32,000 bases of DNA from Methanothermus fervidus DSM 2088. Lineage in GTDB: Archaea; Methanobacteriota; Methanobacteria; DSM-2088; Methanothermaceae. Each line of letters begins with the position of its first letter. Positions within the stretch are counted from its first letter, which is position 1. The notes beneath the pieces are model-generated. The model saw only the letters and a list, made by a program, of their open reading frames with translations, ran no database searches and was not told the DNA's origin. Positions 28,682-32,000 of the stretch are shown here, piece by piece. The DNA lies in assembly GCA_000166095.1 (NCBI GenBank), contig CP002278.1, forward strand, positions 540,001-572,000, read 5' to 3'. Position numbers and translations under genes: made by a program.

Positions 28682-29863
28682 GTGGAAATTAATAAAATTA
28701 GGGAGGATTTCCCTCTACTAAAACATTGTGTTTATTTGGACGCCGCCAGTACAACACCTACACCAAAATGTGTTGTACAAGCAATGAATGAATATTTCTA
28801 TACATACAATACTAATGTGGGACGTGGTGTATACTCATTAGCAGTTAAAGCTACAGAAAAGGTTGAAGAAGTAAGGAAAAGATTAGGAGATTTTATAAAC
28901 TCTCCTCCTGAAAATATAGTATTCACAAAAAATACTACTGAGGCTATAAATTTAGTTGCTAATGGTTTAAAATTTAAAAAAGGCGACACTATTATAGTAC
29001 CTAATATTGAGCATCATTCAAATTTTTTACCATGGCTAAGGCTTCGAAAAGAAGGTGTAAATGTTAAAATAATAAAAGCAGAGAAAAACAGCATTGTCGA
29101 TCCTTCAGTTATTGAAGATAAAATTGATGAAAACACAAAGTTAATAACTGTAAGCTATATCTCAAATGTGTTGGGAGTTGTACAAGACATCGAAGAAATA
29201 GGTAAAATTGCTAAAGACAACGATATTCTATATATGGTAGACGCTGCTCAGGCAATTGGACATATAAAAGTGGATGTAAAAAAAATTAATGCTGATTTTG
29301 TTGCTTTTCCTGGACATAAGGGATTGTTGGGTCCAGTAGGCACTGGATTTTTATATTCAAAGTTGCTACACAAGCTAGAACCATTTAATATTGGTGGTGG
29401 AACTGTAATTGATGTTTCAGAAAATAAATATAAATTAGAAAAACCTCCTGCAAGATTTGAAGCTGGTACTTTAAACATTGCTGGAATCATTGGACTGGGT
29501 TCTGCAGTAAGTTATTTAGAATCAATAGGTATCAAAAAAATTGAAAAATATTGTATGGAATTAACAGAAGAGATGTACAGTAAATTATCAGAGATTGATA
29601 AGGTAATATGTTATGGCGACATTGAAAATATTCATGGAATTGTTTCATTTAATGTAAAAGGAAAAGATCCTAACAAAGTTGCAAGATTGTTGGACAAAAA
29701 AAGTAAAATTTGTGTGAGAAGTGGACATCATTGTGCCATACCTCTAATCAAACACATAGGTGCAAAAAAATATGGAGGAACTGTTAGAGCTTCAGTACAC
29801 TGTTACAATAATTTTATGGACATCGAAAAACTTATAAATACTATAAAGGAGGTTAGTGTATGA
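28682..29863 (+). CDS. Cysteine desulfurase (SufS/Csd-like)
   Basis: VYLDAASTTPTPKCVVQAM, VDAAQAIGHIKVDV, FPGHKGLLGPVG, RSGHHCAIPL. GTG at 28682 or the earlier 28661 start are both possible. Confidence 0.92.
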   Translation: MEINKIREDFPLLKHCVYLDAASTTPTPKCVVQAMNEYFYTYNTNVGRGVYSLAVKATEKVEEVRKRLGDFINSPPENIVFTKNTTEAINLVANGLKFKKGDTIIVPNIEHHSNFLPWLRLRKEGVNVKIIKAEKNSIVDPSVIEDKIDENTKLITVSYISNVLGVVQDIEEIGKIAKDNDILYMVDAAQAIGHIKVDVKKINADFVAFPGHKGLLGPVGTGFLYSKLLHKLEPFNIGGGTVIDVSENKYKLEKPPARFEAGTLNIAGIIGLGSAVSYLESIGIKKIEKYCMELTEEMYSKLSEIDKVICYGDIENIHGIVSFNVKGKDPNKVARLLDKKSKICVRSGHHCAIPLIKHIGAKKYGGTVRASVHCYNNFMDIEKLINTIKEVSV

Positions 29864-29946
29864 GTAGGGCAAGAATAATAGCAATAATATTTATTTTGAT
29901 TATGGTGCTAAGTAGTATAGCTGCTGCAATTTTAGCATTAGGATAG
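29860..29946 (+). CDS. 28-aa single-TM microprotein candidate
   Basis: Translates as [28 protein letters not shown] with AAGGAGG upstream at 29846-29852; overlaps the desulfurase stop by 4 nt. Confidence 0.6.
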   Translation: MSRARIIAIIFILIMVLSSIAAAILALG

Positions 29947-29954
29947 GTGAGAAA

Positions 29955-30362
29955 ATGGTAAAGCTAGGGATTGTAGTATCAGAATTTAACTATGATATCA
30001 CACAAATGATGCTAAAGTTAGCTAAAGAACATGCAAAATTTTTAGAAGCAGAAGTAGTTAGGGTTATACATGTGCCTGGAGTTTTTGAAATACCATTAGC
30101 AGTAAAATTCCTTTTGGAGAATGAAGATGTTGACGCAGTTGTGACACTTGGTGCTGTAATTGAGGGTGAAACAGATCATGATCAGGTTGTAATGCAACAA
30201 GCTTCACGAAAAATTATTGATCTCTCTCTTGAATATAATAAACCAGTAGCATTAGGAATTTCAGGTCCAGGAATGAGTAGACTTGAGGCTCATGAAAGAG
30301 TCAAATATGCTAAAAGGGCTGTAGAGGCTGCTGTCAAAATGTGCAAGCGATTGAAAAGCTAA
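29955..30362 (+). CDS. ribH: 6,7-dimethyl-8-ribityllumazine synthase
   Basis: [43 protein letters not shown]. Confidence 0.95.
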   Translation: MVKLGIVVSEFNYDITQMMLKLAKEHAKFLEAEVVRVIHVPGVFEIPLAVKFLLENEDVDAVVTLGAVIEGETDHDQVVMQQASRKIIDLSLEYNKPVALGISGPGMSRLEAHERVKYAKRAVEAAVKMCKRLKS

Positions 30363-30374
30363 AAGGGATTTCTA

Positions 30375-31307
30375 ATGGAAATTTATACCCCCAATGAATT
30401 AAGAAAAAAATTTAAAGATCCATGGGTAGCCCCATACAAAAAAATAATTACAATGGTGGATGATCAGATTGTAGAACTGGTTGAATATCATCCATGTATT
30501 TCAGGTTCAGAATGGATGATCTACCAGTATAAACGGACAAGTAACTTAGTTTTAGATGCATATAGAGATGGAAACAAACATGTCTATATAGTTAAAGTAG
30601 GTAAAGAAAAATTAAATTTGAAAGCCAGTTTTAGTGCTGCAGGGATCGAAGAAGTGAATGTAAAAGATGATGAAGTCAGGATTGTACATGCAGGTCTTGC
30701 TGGGGCAGGTGTTGGTGCAGCTATTTGTAGAGGAATGGCAGAGGGTGTAAAAAGAATAGAAATATATAGTTTAGGCGGCGGATCCAAATTAGGAAAAGCA
30801 GCTGTAATAACTCCTTTGATGAAGAAAATCGTAATTGGGATAGATGATACAGATACAAAAGAACAAGGTGCAACTTGGACTTTAGCACACAATCTTGGGA
30901 CAAAATTGAAAGAAAAGGGGTATGAATATATTGATCATGTAATAGTACAGCTTTACCCAAAGAATCCTAATAAAACACAAAACTGCGTTGCAGTAGCACT
31001 AACGTTTGCTGTTAGGCCAGGAATGGAGGAAAAACTCGTTAATAATGCAGTGAAATTCCTTGAAAAAGCAACGCTTTCTGATAATACTGCAATAGCTGTC
31101 TTTGAAGGTATTAAAATCCCTGAAGAACTTATAAAATATTCAATAAAAGCTAAAACTAAAATGGTATCTTTAGATGAATGTTTAACCACTGCAAAAAAAT
31201 TAGGTATCAGTCTGATAGATGTGACTGGCGAGAAAGGTAAGATAGGTGCATTAGCTGCCATAGGATTGCATAACAATGTTAAGGAGGCTGTGAAACTTTA
31301 TTGCTGA
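30375..31307 (+). CDS. Probable methanogenesis marker protein 11
   Basis: Glycine-rich SAAGIEEV...HAGLAGAGVGAAICRGMAEGVKRIEI, VIGIDDTDTKEQGATWTLAHNL and CVAVALTFAV; recognised as the MMP11-type family. Confidence 0.88.
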   Translation: MEIYTPNELRKKFKDPWVAPYKKIITMVDDQIVELVEYHPCISGSEWMIYQYKRTSNLVLDAYRDGNKHVYIVKVGKEKLNLKASFSAAGIEEVNVKDDEVRIVHAGLAGAGVGAAICRGMAEGVKRIEIYSLGGGSKLGKAAVITPLMKKIVIGIDDTDTKEQGATWTLAHNLGTKLKEKGYEYIDHVIVQLYPKNPNKTQNCVAVALTFAVRPGMEEKLVNNAVKFLEKATLSDNTAIAVFEGIKIPEELIKYSIKAKTKMVSLDECLTTAKKLGISLIDVTGEKGKIGALAAIGLHNNVKEAVKLYC

Positions 31308-31320
31308 ATCATTGTTAAGA

Positions 31321-31623
31321 TCATGAAAAGTTTTGCCTTTTTTCTATTACTTGTTTTTTAGATTTCTCTGCTAGATCTTGAAGTCCGGAAACAACGCTTT
31401 CAGGTAAAATGTCGTTCCCATTTTCAAAGATTATTTTTGATATTATTGCTGAGAGAACAAATATAGCGCACTTGTGTTCAATCTTTGTTCTGTGAATATG
31501 GTGAGGACTTATGTTAAGGGATAAATATTCTTTAGGTTCCTCATTTACATTCTCAACAGTTTTTAAGTATTTTAAAACGTAAACTAAAAATTGATGTAAT
31601 TGTATCAATTCATCTTTATACAT
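31321..31623 (-). CDS. UPF0058 family protein
   Basis: MYKDELIQLHQFLVYVLKYL...LNISPHHIHRTKIEHKCAIFVL motif. Confidence 0.88.
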   Translation of the reverse strand: MYKDELIQLHQFLVYVLKYLKTVENVNEEPKEYLSLNISPHHIHRTKIEHKCAIFVLSAIISKIIFENGNDILPESVVSGLQDLAEKSKKQVIEKRQNFS

Positions 31624-31764
31624 TTTATCCTCCCATTAAAATCACAAAGATTTTATGCTAGAGATTATTACTCCTTAATATACTTTTTTGGTTCAATGCA
31701 ATAAAAAATGTATTTATCATAATAATTTGATTCCCAATATTATTACTTATAGGAGAAAGATAGG

Positions 31765-32000
31765 ATGGAAGTTGTTGTGTTTAAAAAAGAAAAAATAGAG
31801 AATTTAATAAAAAGATCTGAAATTGATATAAGCACTGTTATACCGAAAGTTAGTGAAATAATAAGGGAAGTAAAAGAATGTGGGGATGAAGCACTAATAA
31901 ATTTAACTCGAAAGTTTGATGGAGTAGAAATTGATAAAATTAAAGTTACAAAAGATGAAATAAAAAGAAGTTACAAACGATTAGATGATAGCATTATTCA
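31765..32000 (+). CDS. hisD: Histidinol dehydrogenase, N-terminal part (truncated by window end)
   Basis: GGAG RBS then MEVVVFKKEKIENLIKRSEIDISTVIPKVSEIIREVKECGDEALINLTRKFDGVEIDKIKVT, typical HisD N-terminus. Confidence 0.85.
   Translation, partial: MEVVVFKKEKIENLIKRSEIDISTVIPKVSEIIREVKECGDEALINLTRKFDGVEIDKIKVTKDEIKRSYKRLDDSII

Overview
AT-rich chromosomal window from a methanogenic euryarchaeon. The lineage call rests on a probable methanogenesis marker 11 gene, a Fae-Hps fusion, TrpB2, Sec61-beta, aEF-1beta, a probable MfnE and a homoaconitase-type module. The right two thirds (about 15.5-32 kb) is mostly housekeeping and methanogen metabolism. Two regions stand out. (1) A minus-strand, largely overlapping block at about 1.0-10.3 kb encodes a TPR protein, a radical SAM enzyme, an O-methyltransferase, an MFS exporter, a Cys-rich ferredoxin-reductase-like flavoprotein, a GidA/TrmFO-like FAD oxidoreductase, a class I methyltransferase, a P-loop ATPase and an MBL-fold hydrolase. 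It resembles an undescribed small-molecule, cofactor or maturation cluster. (2) At 16.37-16.64 kb, short intergenic arrays of near-perfect C/D box sRNA motifs include an unusual three-guide array and a second two-guide unit in the leader of trpB2. Three reading-frame breaks at 12.39, 13.09 and 13.54 kb affect two neighbouring divergent secreted-protein genes. Two small genes missing from the ORF track (Sec61-beta and a zinc-ribbon protein) and one 28-aa membrane peptide were recovered. No CRISPR, rRNA, tRNA or transposon was recognised.
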